From an uncultured Solirubrobacteraceae bacterium (GTDB lineage Bacteria; Actinomycetota; Thermoleophilia; Solirubrobacterales; Solirubrobacteraceae), in contig CAWDME010000022.1 of assembly GCA_963803335.1 (NCBI GenBank), forward strand, positions 8,325 through 72,324: DNA of 64,000 bases. Direction: 5' to 3'. Of the stretch, positions 8,860 through 18,173 are shown in pieces. How positions within the stretch are numbered: position 1 is the first letter of the stretch; each line of letters opens with the position of its first letter. The notes under the pieces are model-generated. The model was not told where the DNA came from and searched no databases. It worked only from the letters and a program-made list of their open reading frames with translations. The position numbers and the translations under genes are program-made.

Positions 8860-10752
8860 GGGTGGTCGCCCTTGAGGAACGTGCGACACCAGTGCTCGAA
8901 GCTCATCAGCGACCAGAGGAGCAGCCGGCGGTTCTCCCGGCCCTCGATGTGCTCGGCCACGAGTGGCCGCACCCGGTCGCGGTTGAGGAACTCGTAGATG
9001 GCCGCGTCACTGTGCAGGAGCTCGCGCTCGATGTAGTCGATGCTGTCGCCGCGGAACCAGCTCGCGTCGGGGCCGGAGAAGCCCTGCTTGATCTGGTTCG
9101 TGATCGTCTCGGGGACGTACTGCTCCATCGCCTTGCGCAGCAGCAGCTTGCCGTCGCGCGTGCGCTCGAAGTACCGCTGCGTCTTGGGTCCCGGCTCGTT
9201 CTCGTTGAGCTTGACCACGTTCTCGAGGTCCGCAGCTTGAGCTTCACCGGCACTCGCTGCGCGAAGTCGACGAGATCGTTGTCCATGAACGGGACGCGGT
9301 TCTCGAGGCTGTGCGCCATCGAGAGCTTGTCCTCGACGAGGAACAGCCCGTGCAGGAACGTCTTCGCCTCGAGGTACAGTGACTGGTTGACGTACTCCTC
9401 CGGCGACTCCGGGGCGTCGCGATTCGGCAGGGCGTCGCGGAAGATGTCGATCGTCCGGAGGTCCTTGACCTCGTCCCACACGTCCGGCGCGAAGAAGTCG
9501 TGCAGCACGGCGTTCGGGACCAGCCGGTGCCAGAAGCGGTAGTACTTGCCGACGTAGTCGTCGAAGTCGTCGTTGACGACCGCGCGGTAGTAACGCCACG
9601 GGTAACCAGCGAACAGCTCGTCGCCGCCCGAGCCGGCGAGCACGACCTTGACGAACTTGCTCGCGAGCCGCGCGACGTAGTAGTTCGGATAGCTCTGACC
9701 GACGCGTGGATCCTCGAGGTGCCAGATCAGCGACGGCATGCAGCGCTCCATGTCGCCGGCCTTGAGCACCGCTTCGTAGTGCTCGGTCCGGAACAGGTAG
9801 GACATCGCCTCGGCCTTCTCGCGCTCGTCGTTGCCGAGCTCGAGGCCGGTGGAGGAGCGCATGTCGAAGCCGACGGTGAACGTGTTCAGCCACGGCAGCG
9901 ACTGCGCGGCGACCGCCGTGATCGAGCCGGAGTCCATGCCGCCGCTGAGGTGCGCGCCGACGGGGACGTCGGCGACCAGCTGGCGCTCGACGGCCTGGCG
10001 GAAGAGCCGGTCCAGCTCCTCGGCGTACTCCTCGCTCGGAGCGCCGTCGGCGTCCGGCTCGTCGAAGTTGAAGTCCCAGTAGCGCTCGGGCTGCAGCGGG
10101 CCGCCGTCACGGCGCAGACAGCACGCGGTGGCCGGCCGGAAGCAGCTTGATCCCCTCGAACAGCGTGCCGTCGGTGAAGATGTTCTGGAACGTGAAGTAC
10201 TCGAGCAGGTGCGGGCGGCTGAGCTCGGCGCGGACGGCGTCGATGCGCCAGGATCGCCTTGATCTCCGAGCCGAAGATCACGAGCGAGCCGGCCTCGGTG
10301 TAGTAGAGCGGCTTGACCCCGAACCGGTCGCGGGCCAGGAAGAGCTCGCGCCGCTCGCGGTCCCAGATCGCCAGGCGCGAACATGCCGTTGAAGCGCTCG
10401 ACGCACTGCGGCGCCCCATTCGGCGTACGCGGCGAGCACGACTTCGGTGTCGGTGCCCGGTGCGGAAGTGGTGGCCGCGCCGCTTCGAGCTCGGTCGCGA
10501 GCTCGCGGAAGTTGTAGAGCTCGCCGTTGTAGGTGATCACGAGCGACCGCCGGACTCGCTCGCCATCGGCATGTGCCCGCGCGGCGACGGGTCGATGATC
10601 GCCAGCCGCCGGTTCGCCAGGCCGACCGGGCCGTCGACGAACTGCCCCGCGTCGTCCGGCCCGCGGTGGGCGATGACGTCGCCCATGCGGCGCAGGACCT
10701 CGAGCGGGACGGGAGCGCCCGAGCGGTCCAGGACGCCGGCGATGCCGCACAC
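8856..10752 (-). pseudogene. asnB: Asparagine synthase (glutamine-hydrolysing) family amidotransferase, interrupted by about 8 frameshifts
   Basis: Pieces lie in all three minus frames. VCGIAGVLDRSG..HRGPDD..LAIIDPSPRGHMPM is the Ntn Cys2 glutaminase start. Further pieces are LVITYNGELYNFRELATELEAA / GHHFRTG / TDTEVVLAAYAEWG / QCVERFNGMFA / LAIWDRERRELFLARDRFGVKPLYYTEAGSLVIFGSEIKAILAH / DAVRAELSRPHLLEYFTFQNIFTDGTLFEGIKLLPAGH. A long intact block follows with the PP-loop VGAHLSGGMDSGSI, then ADLENVVKLNENEPGPKTQRYF..FSGPDASWFRGD to the stop at 8856. Frame changes fall near 10540, 10476, 10455, 10410, 10376, 10242, 10115 and 9231. Confidence 0.85.
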
Positions 10753-10754
10753 GG

Positions 10755-11933
10755 CTATCCGCCTCCGTGCCGGCGCAGCGCGTCGGCCACGCGATCGAGG
10801 TCGCTGTCCGTCATGCCGGGGAACAGCGGCAGGGCGAGGCTCAGGCGCTCGGCGATGTGTGCGGCCGGGAACTGCCCGACGCCCAGGTCGTAGCGATTCC
10901 GGTACAAGCCGGTCTCGACCGGCGCGTGCGTACCGGGCCGGGTCGCGATCCCCTCGTTCTCGAGCGCGTCCATCAGCGCGTTGCGCCGTTCGCGCAGCGC
11001 GCCGGCGTTCGCGACGGTCGGCTCCTCGGGCGCGAACAGGCACACGTACGCCTGCCAGCCGTGCGACTCGCCGTCGGGCACCGCCGGCGTGCGCAGCCAG
11101 TCGAGGCCGGCGAGCCGCTCGCTGTAGCCGGCGGCGAGGCGCGCCCGCTCACCGAGGATGTAGTCCGCGCGGTCCATCTGCACGCACCCGACCGCGGCCT
11201 GCAGGTCGGTCATCCGGAAGTTGAAGCCGAGATGGTCGTAGTCGGCCAGCAGGTATGACTTACGCGTGCCGTGGCGCTCGAAGTCCGACCGCGACGCGCC
11301 GTGGTCGCGCAGCGTGCGCGCCAGCGCGGCCGCGCTCGGGTCGGCGGTGGTGATCATCCCGCCCTCGCCGGTGGTGATCGACTTGCGCGGATGGAAGGAG
11401 AACGCGCCGAATTCCCCAGTCGTGCCCGCGTGGCGCCCGCTCTGCCGCGTGCCGAACGCGCACGCGGCGTCCTCGACCATCCATAGCCCATGCCGCTCGG
11501 CGATCGCCTGCACCGCCCCGAGGTCGGCCGCGCGCCCGAAGAGATGTACCGGCATGAGGCCGACGGTGCGCTCGCCGATCAGTGGCTCGATCTGGTTCGG
11601 ATCGATGTTGAAGCTCTCGAGGCTCACGTCGCAGAACACAGGCGTCGCGCCCATGTACTCGACGACGTTCGCGGTCGATACCCACGTGAACGACGGCACG
11701 ATCACCTCGTCGCCGGGCCGCAGCCCGAGGGCCGCCACCGCGATGTGCAGTGCGGTGGTGCACGACGTGGTCGCGATCGCGTGTTCGGCCCCAGTGTACT
11801 CGGCGAACCGCTGCTCGAACTCGGCCACGTACGGGCCCTGGACGACCCAACCGGTCTCCAGCGGTCGCTGCACCGCCGCGCGCTCCTCCTCGCCGAAGAA
11901 CGGCCGGGAGATCGGGAGCGCTGGTGAGCTCAC
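10755..11933 (-). CDS. DegT/DnrJ/EryC1/StrS family PLP-dependent sugar aminotransferase
   Basis: ISRPFFGEEERAAV.., FEQRFAEYTGAEHAIATTSCTTALHIA, DAACAFG, FSFHPRKSITTGEGGMI (PLP lysine block). The preferred start GTG 11933 forms a GTGA overlap with the upstream SDR stop. Confidence 0.9.
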   Translation of the reverse strand: MSSPALPISRPFFGEEERAAVQRPLETGWVVQGPYVAEFEQRFAEYTGAEHAIATTSCTTALHIAVAALGLRPGDEVIVPSFTWVSTANVVEYMGATPVFCDVSLESFNIDPNQIEPLIGERTVGLMPVHLFGRAADLGAVQAIAERHGLWMVEDAACAFGTRQSGRHAGTTGEFGAFSFHPRKSITTGEGGMITTADPSAAALARTLRDHGASRSDFERHGTRKSYLLADYDHLGFNFRMTDLQAAVGCVQMDRADYILGERARLAAGYSERLAGLDWLRTPAVPDGESHGWQAYVCLFAPEEPTVANAGALRERRNALMDALENEGIATRPGTHAPVETGLYRNRYDLGVGQFPAAHIAERLSLALPLFPGMTDSDLDRVADALRRHGGG

Positions 11934-12910
11934 GCCTGCTCGGGCACGGCGCGGCGCTCGTCGCTGCGCCGCCACTCGACCACCGAGCGCAGACCATCCT
12001 CATACGGGATCTCAGCGACGAAGCCGAGATCGCGCTCGGCGTTCTCGGTGCTGCCCACACGGTGGGTGACGAACATCTGCTCCTGCGGGCGGTACTCCGG
12101 CTCGAGGTCGGAGCCGGTGATCTCCAGCAGCGAATCCACGAGCTCCTTGATGGTCGTCTTGACGCCCGTGCCGACGTTGTAGTTGCGGTCGGTCGAGGTG
12201 TCGGACGTGAGCGCCAGGATGTTGGCGCGCGCGACGTCGGCGACGTGCACGAAGTCGTATGCCTGGCTGCCGTCGCCGAAGATCACCGGTGCCTGGCCCG
12301 CGTCGATCCGGTCGAGGACCTTCATGATCACGCTGACGTAGGTGCCCTTGTAGTCCATCCGCGGGCCGTACACGTTCATGTAGCGCATGCCGGCGTAGTC
12401 GAGCCCGTGCTGCTCGTTGAACGCCCGGAAGAACTGCTCGCCGGCGATCTTGGTGGCGCCGTACATCGTCCGGTTGTTGAACGGATGGTCCTCGGTCATC
12501 GGCGTGAACAGCGCGTCGCCGTACACCGAGGCCGACGAGGAGTAGACGATCTTCTTGATCCCCGCCTCGTGGGCCGTCTCGACCACGTTGTAGGTGCCGA
12601 CGATGTTGTGCTCGAGCGCCTTGCGCGGCTCGTGCACGCACTCGTACAGCCACAGCGCCGCGAGGTGGAAGGCGTAGTCGGCCTCCTTCATCAGGGACGC
12701 GAGCAGCTCGCGGTCCATGACGGAGCCGTCGACGACCTCTACGCGCTCGTCCTGGACGGCGTGTTGCAGGTTGTCGCGCGTGCCGCGGACGAAGTTGTCG
12801 AGCACGGTGACCTTCGCCACCGGCGCCTCGAGCAGCTGGTCGACGATGTGCGAGCCGATGAAGCCGGCGCCGCCGATGACAAGGATGTGGGAGTTGTCGA
12901 TGCTGGGCAT
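11930..12910 (-). CDS. NAD-dependent nucleotide-sugar epimerase/dehydratase (extended SDR)
   Basis: ILVIGGAGFIGSHIV (GxxGxxG), VYSSSASVYG, YGATKIAGE (YxxxK), NVYGPRMD. 326 aa, intact. Confidence 0.87.
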   Translation of the reverse strand: MPSIDNSHILVIGGAGFIGSHIVDQLLEAPVAKVTVLDNFVRGTRDNLQHAVQDERVEVVDGSVMDRELLASLMKEADYAFHLAALWLYECVHEPRKALEHNIVGTYNVVETAHEAGIKKIVYSSSASVYGDALFTPMTEDHPFNNRTMYGATKIAGEQFFRAFNEQHGLDYAGMRYMNVYGPRMDYKGTYVSVIMKVLDRIDAGQAPVIFGDGSQAYDFVHVADVARANILALTSDTSTDRNYNVGTGVKTTIKELVDSLLEITGSDLEPEYRPQEQMFVTHRVGSTENAERDLGFVAEIPYEDGLRSVVEWRRSDERRAVPEQA

Positions 12911-12934
12911 GCGGCGGGCGAGCCTAGCAACCGG

Positions 12935-13330
12935 TCAGCGACGCCACTCGAGGGCAGGTTCCTCTTCCTCGCTGGCCACGACGGTCCCCTCGAGCTCACG
13001 CAGCCGCTGCTCGAGGATGGCCTGACGCTGGGCGAGCACCTTCGATTGGTCGGTGAGCCGCGACATCGCGGCCGAGAAGTGGAGCAACAGGAGGAGGACG
13101 AACCCGAGGGCCACGAAGAACAGCGCGTTCGGGGCCGACAAGATGCCGAGCTGGCGGGCGAGGAGTGTGAGCGCGTCCTGCCAGACGGCCAGGGCCAGGA
13201 TCACGATCGAGCTCGCCAGCCAGAGCAGCGCGTAGCGCTCCATCAGAGCGCGGCGGCGGACGAGCTCGAGCACCAGGACGAGCAGCGCGACGGCGCCGAG
13301 GATCGCGACGACCTGCAGCCGCAGATCCAT
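12935..13330 (-). CDS. Small integral membrane protein, DUF2304-like
   Basis: 131 aa with three hydrophobic helices and the LVRRRALMERYALLWL block, plus a C-terminal coiled/acidic tail. It sits immediately downstream of, and overlaps by 1 nt (TGATG), the GT2 gene. This is the usual DUF2304 context as I recall it. Confidence 0.7.
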   Translation of the reverse strand: MDLRLQVVAILGAVALLVLVLELVRRRALMERYALLWLASSIVILALAVWQDALTLLARQLGILSAPNALFFVALGFVLLLLLHFSAAMSRLTDQSKVLAQRQAILEQRLRELEGTVVASEEEEPALEWRR

Positions 13331-14148
13331 CAGATGCCGTGCTCCGCGGCCACGGCCGCGGCCTCTCCAGGCTCCGGCACCGCTCGGCGGCGCCCCAGGC
13401 CGACGAACAGCGCAAGCAGCACTTTGACCATGTAGTAGAAGGACTTGCCGGACCCGGTGATCGACGAGACGCCGCCGCCGCGCTGCAGCATCCGGACCGG
13501 GACCTCGCGCATCGTCAGCCGGTGATGGTGGAGCATCAGGACGGCCTCGACCTCGGGGTAGTCGTGCGGGTAGTCCCGAGCGAATAGCGCGATGGCGCGG
13601 CGGTTGTAGAGCCGGAACCCAGACGTGGGATCCGTCACCGGCTGGCGCAGGAGACGCGACAGCAGGAACGCGAAGACGTGGATGCCGGTGCGGCGGCTGA
13701 TCGGCGCGATGTACCCCGTAGCGGTGGCGAAGCGGGTGCCGCAGATCATGTCGGCCCCGCCGTCGAGCGCGTTGAACAGCTTGGGGATCTCGCCGGGGTC
13801 GTGCTGGCCGTCGCCGTCCACCTGGACCATGTACTCGTAGCCGTGCTCGTCGGCGTACTTGAAGCCGGCCTGGACTGCGCCGCCGATCCCGAGGTTGAAC
13901 GGCATTCGCAGTACGCGTGCGCCTGCCCCTTCCGCCAGTGCTCCCGTGTCATCGGTCGAGCCGTCGTCGACCACCACAACGTCGATGTGCGGCGTCTTGC
14001 GCTGCAGCGCGCCCACGACGCCAGCGATTGTCGGCGCCTCGTTGTACGCGGGCACAACGGCGAGGCAGGATCTGGGTTCGACCTGAAGCGTTTCCATGGG
14101 GGTCGTCTGCGGCCTGAAACGTCGTCGGCCGCTCAGCGTTGCGGTCAT
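13330..14148 (-). CDS. GT2 polyprenyl-phosphate glycosyltransferase-like enzyme (DPM1/GtrB/ArnC/PpgS type)
   Basis: LAVVPAYNEAPTIAGVV, VVVVDDGSTDDT, MVQVDGDGQHDP (DxD), TDPTSGFRLYNRR. Its ~270-aa size is typical of lipid-phosphate sugar synthases. The start may instead be the internal ATG at 14097 (METLQVEP). Confidence 0.8.
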   Translation of the reverse strand: MTATLSGRRRFRPQTTPMETLQVEPRSCLAVVPAYNEAPTIAGVVGALQRKTPHIDVVVVDDGSTDDTGALAEGAGARVLRMPFNLGIGGAVQAGFKYADEHGYEYMVQVDGDGQHDPGEIPKLFNALDGGADMICGTRFATATGYIAPISRRTGIHVFAFLLSRLLRQPVTDPTSGFRLYNRRAIALFARDYPHDYPEVEAVLMLHHHRLTMREVPVRMLQRGGGVSSITGSGKSFYYMVKVLLALFVGLGRRRAVPEPGEAAAVAAEHGI

Positions 14149-14229
14149 CCGCTCTCAGATTCTCCGCTCGTCGGCGCTCCTGGTAGGGCGAGGCCGGGCC
14201 GCATCGGCGCCGGGACGCCCGAGGCTAGC

Positions 14230-15282
14230 ATGCGCCCCCGCATGAACACCGAGGCTGCAGCCAGGCTCTCAGTCGTCGTCGTGACGCACAACAGCGCGCC
14301 CGCGGTGGCGGCGGCGCTGCCCGCTTTGTGCGGGCAGCTCACGCCCGCCGACGAGCTCGTGATCGTCGACAACGCGTCGACCGACGACACGATCGCGGTC
14401 GTACGCGGGATCGCATCCTCAGCCCGGATCCTGGCGCAGAACACCAACGAGGGGTTCGCCTCCGGCGCCAACACCGGCGCCCGCGCCGCCTCCGGCGACC
14501 TGCTCGTCTTCCTCAACCCCGACGCCACGCCGGCACCGGGCTTCGTCGCCGCGATCCGCGCGCCGCGGGGGGACTGGACCGCGTGGATGGGCCTCGTAAC
14601 CACGGGCGGCGGCGCGCGTGTGAACACGAACGGCGGGGTGGTCCACTTCACCGGGATCGCCTGGGCCGGTGAGGCGGGCGCACTGGCGCCGGGCACGCTT
14701 GTGGGTCCGCGCGAGGCGGCGTTCCTATCCGGCGCCTGCCTGGCCGTTCCCCGTCACGACTGGGAGCGCATGGGCGGGTTCGCCGAGGACTTTTTCATGT
14801 ACCAGGAGGACGTGGACCTCTCGCTGCGCCTGCGGCTCACGGGGGCGCGGCTCGGGGTTGAGCCGGCCGCCGTCGTCGACCATGACTATGCGTTCGGCAA
14901 GGGCGCCCGCAAGTGGCGGTTGCTCGAGCGCAACCGCTGGGCGACGATCGTGCGCTGCTACCCCCGCGCGCTGCTGCTGGCGCTCGCCCCCGCGCTGCTG
15001 TCTACCGAGGTCGCGCTCCTGGTCGTCGCCGCGGCGGGCGGCTGGCTCCCGGAGAAGCTCGCCGCCGCGGCCGAGACCGTGTGGGCGCTGCCCCGGCTGC
15101 TGCGCGAGCGGCAGGCAGTCCAGGCGATGCGGACGATCTCCGCCGCGGATTTCGCCCACCATCTGACGCCCGACCTCGACTCGCCCTATCTCGGTCGGCT
15201 GGCGACGCTCGCGCCGCTGCGCTGGTCGCTGCGCGCGTACTGGGGCGTCGTCTGCCACGCACTCGCCTGGGGGCGCGGTTGA
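14230..15282 (+). CDS. Glycosyltransferase family 2
   Basis: ATG 14230. LSVVVVTHNSAPAV, LVIVDNASTDDT, NEGFASGANTGA, FLSGACLAVPRHDWERMGGFAEDFFMYQEDVDLSLRLRL. Divergent from 13330..14148 across an 81-bp spacer. Confidence 0.82.
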   Translation: MRPRMNTEAAARLSVVVVTHNSAPAVAAALPALCGQLTPADELVIVDNASTDDTIAVVRGIASSARILAQNTNEGFASGANTGARAASGDLLVFLNPDATPAPGFVAAIRAPRGDWTAWMGLVTTGGGARVNTNGGVVHFTGIAWAGEAGALAPGTLVGPREAAFLSGACLAVPRHDWERMGGFAEDFFMYQEDVDLSLRLRLTGARLGVEPAAVVDHDYAFGKGARKWRLLERNRWATIVRCYPRALLLALAPALLSTEVALLVVAAAGGWLPEKLAAAAETVWALPRLLRERQAVQAMRTISAADFAHHLTPDLDSPYLGRLATLAPLRWSLRAYWGVVCHALAWGRG

Positions 15283-16070
15283 TCCCGCTGAAGTTCGAGC
15301 TCTATCAGCCGCCGCCGCGCGCGATCTACGACGCCGTGGAGGGCGACTACGTCGGCGGCGTGTCGACCTATGCAGCCTACAACTACCTCGGCGACGGGCT
15401 CGTGACCCGCATCAAGGCGGCGCACTTCGAGGCCGCGCTGCAGGAGACGCGGCACCTGTTCGGTTCCACGCCAGTGATCGACTTCGGCTCCGCCGACGGC
15501 GTGATGGAGCCGTCGCTCTCGCAGTACTTTGGCGAGGTCCTGGCCATCGACCAGGACGCGTGGTTCGTCGAGATCACGCAGCGGGTGATCGACGGCTGCT
15601 CGCTCGCCAACGCGTCCGTCATCTGCAACGCCGGGGTTGGCATGGACGAGTTGGCCGAGCAGCTGCAGCCGCGCGGCTACCGCGTGGCGTTCCTGCTCGA
15701 GACGCTCGAGCACATCGCCGACCCCGCGGACCTCTACGGCTCGCGCGCCGCATTCGCCGAGCAGCTGCTCGGCCTGCTGGCCGACGACGGCGTCGTGATC
15801 GTCACGGTGCCCACGATGGTCGGGCCGGCGTTCCTGGTCCAGCGCGCCGCGCTGGCGGCGTTCGGCATGCTGCGCGAGGGCCTGTCGTTCCGGGAGCAGC
15901 TCGAGGCCGGGCTGCTCCGCAGGACCGACGCGCTGGAGCCGCGCTGGCAGCCGACCGCTCACCTCGGCTTCAACCACGTCAAGCTCCAGCGGGCGCTGCG
16001 CGAGCGCGTGCGCATCGTCAAGCACCGCAGCCTGTTCTTCTCGCAGCTGTACGTCTTGACCCGCCGCTAG
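15279..16070 (+). CDS. Probable SAM-dependent methyltransferase
   Basis: The TTG start at 15279 overlaps the upstream TGA. VIDFGSADG (motif I-like), YRVAFLLETLEHIADP, DDGVVIVTVP. The N-terminal 120 codons of the track ORF are off-frame-like. Confidence 0.6.
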   Translation: MIPLKFELYQPPPRAIYDAVEGDYVGGVSTYAAYNYLGDGLVTRIKAAHFEAALQETRHLFGSTPVIDFGSADGVMEPSLSQYFGEVLAIDQDAWFVEITQRVIDGCSLANASVICNAGVGMDELAEQLQPRGYRVAFLLETLEHIADPADLYGSRAAFAEQLLGLLADDGVVIVTVPTMVGPAFLVQRAALAAFGMLREGLSFREQLEAGLLRRTDALEPRWQPTAHLGFNHVKLQRALRERVRIVKHRSLFFSQLYVLTRR

Positions 16071-16720
16071 TCCACGCGGCGCAGGCCGCGCGCGAGCAGC
16101 AGCGGCGCGCCGACGAACACGAGCAGAGCGAGAATCAGGTACGTCAACGGCCCCGCGACGCCCGCCCGGAACACGGAGGCGCGGTCGGCGAAGTCGGGCA
16201 TCCGGGCGATCAGCGTGCGGTTCGGCCCGTGCAGCCGCAGCGTGAGGTCGTTCGGGATCGGGCGGCCTTCGAGCGTCCCCTGCGTCGACGGCGACGCGAC
16301 GCCCGCCTGGCCCATCGGGATGACCGGTTGCGATCCGTTGTTCGTGAGGCACACGCGCAGCGGCGCCGGGGTGTCGATCCGGCCGACGTCGACGACGCGC
16401 TCGGTCTGCAACGGGTCGGCGTCCTGGTAGCCGCGCAGCATGCCGGAGCCCAGGCGTTCGCCGCTGTCGTCATCGAGCACGGTGACGCCGATGTCAGGTC
16501 CGGGGTTGCCGAACCCAGTGACGCGGAAGCCGACCGCATCAAAGCTGGTCCCGCTCGGCGGCCGGATCGGGGCCTGACAGACGCGGTCTCCGGGCTCGAG
16601 CGTCGCCACTCCCAGCGCAGGGTTGACGCCTAGCGTGTACTCGACGCTCGAGCGCTGCGTGAGGCCGACTGCCGCCAGCGCAGCCATGCCGATCGCGAAG
16701 ACGACGAAGAAGCTACGCAT
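16067..16720 (-). CDS. Hypothetical bitopic membrane protein (N- and C-terminal TM helices, extracytoplasmic beta-rich middle)
   Basis: Starts MRSFFVVFAIGMAALAAVGL and ends ..GPLTYLILALLVFVGAPLLLARGL. The ATG 16720 overlaps the upstream stop by 8 nt. No recognisable catalytic motif. Confidence 0.55.
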   Translation of the reverse strand: MRSFFVVFAIGMAALAAVGLTQRSSVEYTLGVNPALGVATLEPGDRVCQAPIRPPSGTSFDAVGFRVTGFGNPGPDIGVTVLDDDSGERLGSGMLRGYQDADPLQTERVVDVGRIDTPAPLRVCLTNNGSQPVIPMGQAGVASPSTQGTLEGRPIPNDLTLRLHGPNRTLIARMPDFADRASVFRAGVAGPLTYLILALLVFVGAPLLLARGLRRVD

Positions 16721-18173
16721 AGAACCGATCGATGACGAGGCCGAGCGAGAACAGGTTGAAGACGAGCAGCGCGCCCACCGCTGCGCCCGCTGCCCCCGCG
16801 TGCCGCCGTTGCCGCAGCAGCGACACTGCGCCGCCGAGCGCGAGCCCGAAGATGCCGATCGCCGGGAACATGTAGCGGCCCTGCATGAAGCCCGGCGTGC
16901 CGGACTCGAGCTGGTGGTAGTCAGTCCAGTGCAGGCCACCCAGCAGCGCGAGGAACGCGAGCGCGAGGAAAACGAGCACGCGCCACTCAATCAGCCGGCG
17001 GGCGCGCATGAGTGCGGCGAGGCCCGCGGCGAACACGCTCACGGTGAGCACCCCAAGTACGCGATAGACCCAAGACGGGAACTTGACCTCGAGCCAGCCG
17101 AACGCGGCCCAGGTCTGAGTGATCCAGACCTGGAGCAGCGGATAGCCGGCCTGCCGAAACGCGTAGCGTTGTTGGAACGGCAGGCGCGGGAGGTAGTACT
17201 GCCAGAGATACGACAGCAGCTCGCGCCAATTCGTCCCTGCCGGCGTCCCCGCCGCGGAGGAGGAGGAATCGGTGATCTGGGCCGCCACGGCGCGATCGCC
17301 GGCGCGCGCGCCGACCACCCAGGCGCCCAGCGTCACCGCCAGCGGGACGACGACCGCGGCGGCGAGCCGCAGCAGGCCCGCGATCCGCCATGGGCGCCTC
17401 GAAAGCAGGCCGATGAGGGCGACGAACAGTGCCGCTGGGAGCAGCGCGTAGCTGGTCGTCTTGACCGTGCACGCGAGGCCGACCAGCGCGAAGAACGCGG
17501 CGCCCTCGCGCAGCGGCACGCCGTGCCGGACGCAGCGGACGCCCAGCCACAGCGCGAGGGTCCAGACGGCGTACAGCATCCCGTCGGGGCTCACGGAGCT
17601 CGCGATGAAGATGAACATCGGCAGAAGCGCTGGCACCGCCGCAGCGGCTGTCTGCAGCGCGCGCCGCCGGCCGAGGATCTCGCCGGCCAGCAGCCACGTC
17701 GCGAGCGCCGTGACCGGGATCCAGAGCGCCGACATCAGTCGCGCTCCGAGCAGCTGGTCGAACAGCGTCCCCGACGACGCGGCTTCGTACCCGATCGCCT
17801 CCCACGCATATGCGGTTGGCGGGTAGCTGGACGCCGGGTTCGGGCCGCCGCCGTCGTCACGAGACGCGCGGCCCTGCGTCGCCAGCCAGCGCTGCTCGAC
17901 CTTGTCGCTCCACTCGGGGTTGACCAGGCGCTGGGCCGCGACCTGGGCGGAGTTGACGCCGTCGATCCCCTGCAGCATCTGCGTCGAGAACGCCTTGCGC
18001 TCGGTGCCGCCGGGCAGGGCGAAGCGCTCACCGAGCGACTGGACGTAGGCGAAGTGCGATTGCTCGTCGGGCGCCTGGAACGCGGGCACGACGCAGGCCC
18101 AGGTGATCGCCAGCAGCAGGCTTACGGCCAGCAGCGCGCCCAAGGGTGGCGGCGGGCGCAGGCGGCGGGTCAC
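16713..18173 (-). CDS. Polytopic membrane protein, DUF2142-like (putative GT-C type glycosyltransferase)
   Basis: About 486 aa with 10 or more TM stretches. The first loop motif FQAPDEQSHFAYV is followed by a large loop, as in DUF2142/GT-C-like proteins of actinobacterial wall-glycan loci (recalled). The GTG 18173 start forms a GTGA overlap with the upstream stop. Confidence 0.65.
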   Translation of the reverse strand: MTRRLRPPPPLGALLAVSLLLAITWACVVPAFQAPDEQSHFAYVQSLGERFALPGGTERKAFSTQMLQGIDGVNSAQVAAQRLVNPEWSDKVEQRWLATQGRASRDDGGGPNPASSYPPTAYAWEAIGYEAASSGTLFDQLLGARLMSALWIPVTALATWLLAGEILGRRRALQTAAAAVPALLPMFIFIASSVSPDGMLYAVWTLALWLGVRCVRHGVPLREGAAFFALVGLACTVKTTSYALLPAALFVALIGLLSRRPWRIAGLLRLAAAVVVPLAVTLGAWVVGARAGDRAVAAQITDSSSSAAGTPAGTNWRELLSYLWQYYLPRLPFQQRYAFRQAGYPLLQVWITQTWAAFGWLEVKFPSWVYRVLGVLTVSVFAAGLAALMRARRLIEWRVLVFLALAFLALLGGLHWTDYHQLESGTPGFMQGRYMFPAIGIFGLALGGAVSLLRQRRHAGAAGAAVGALLVFNLFSLGLVIDRFYA

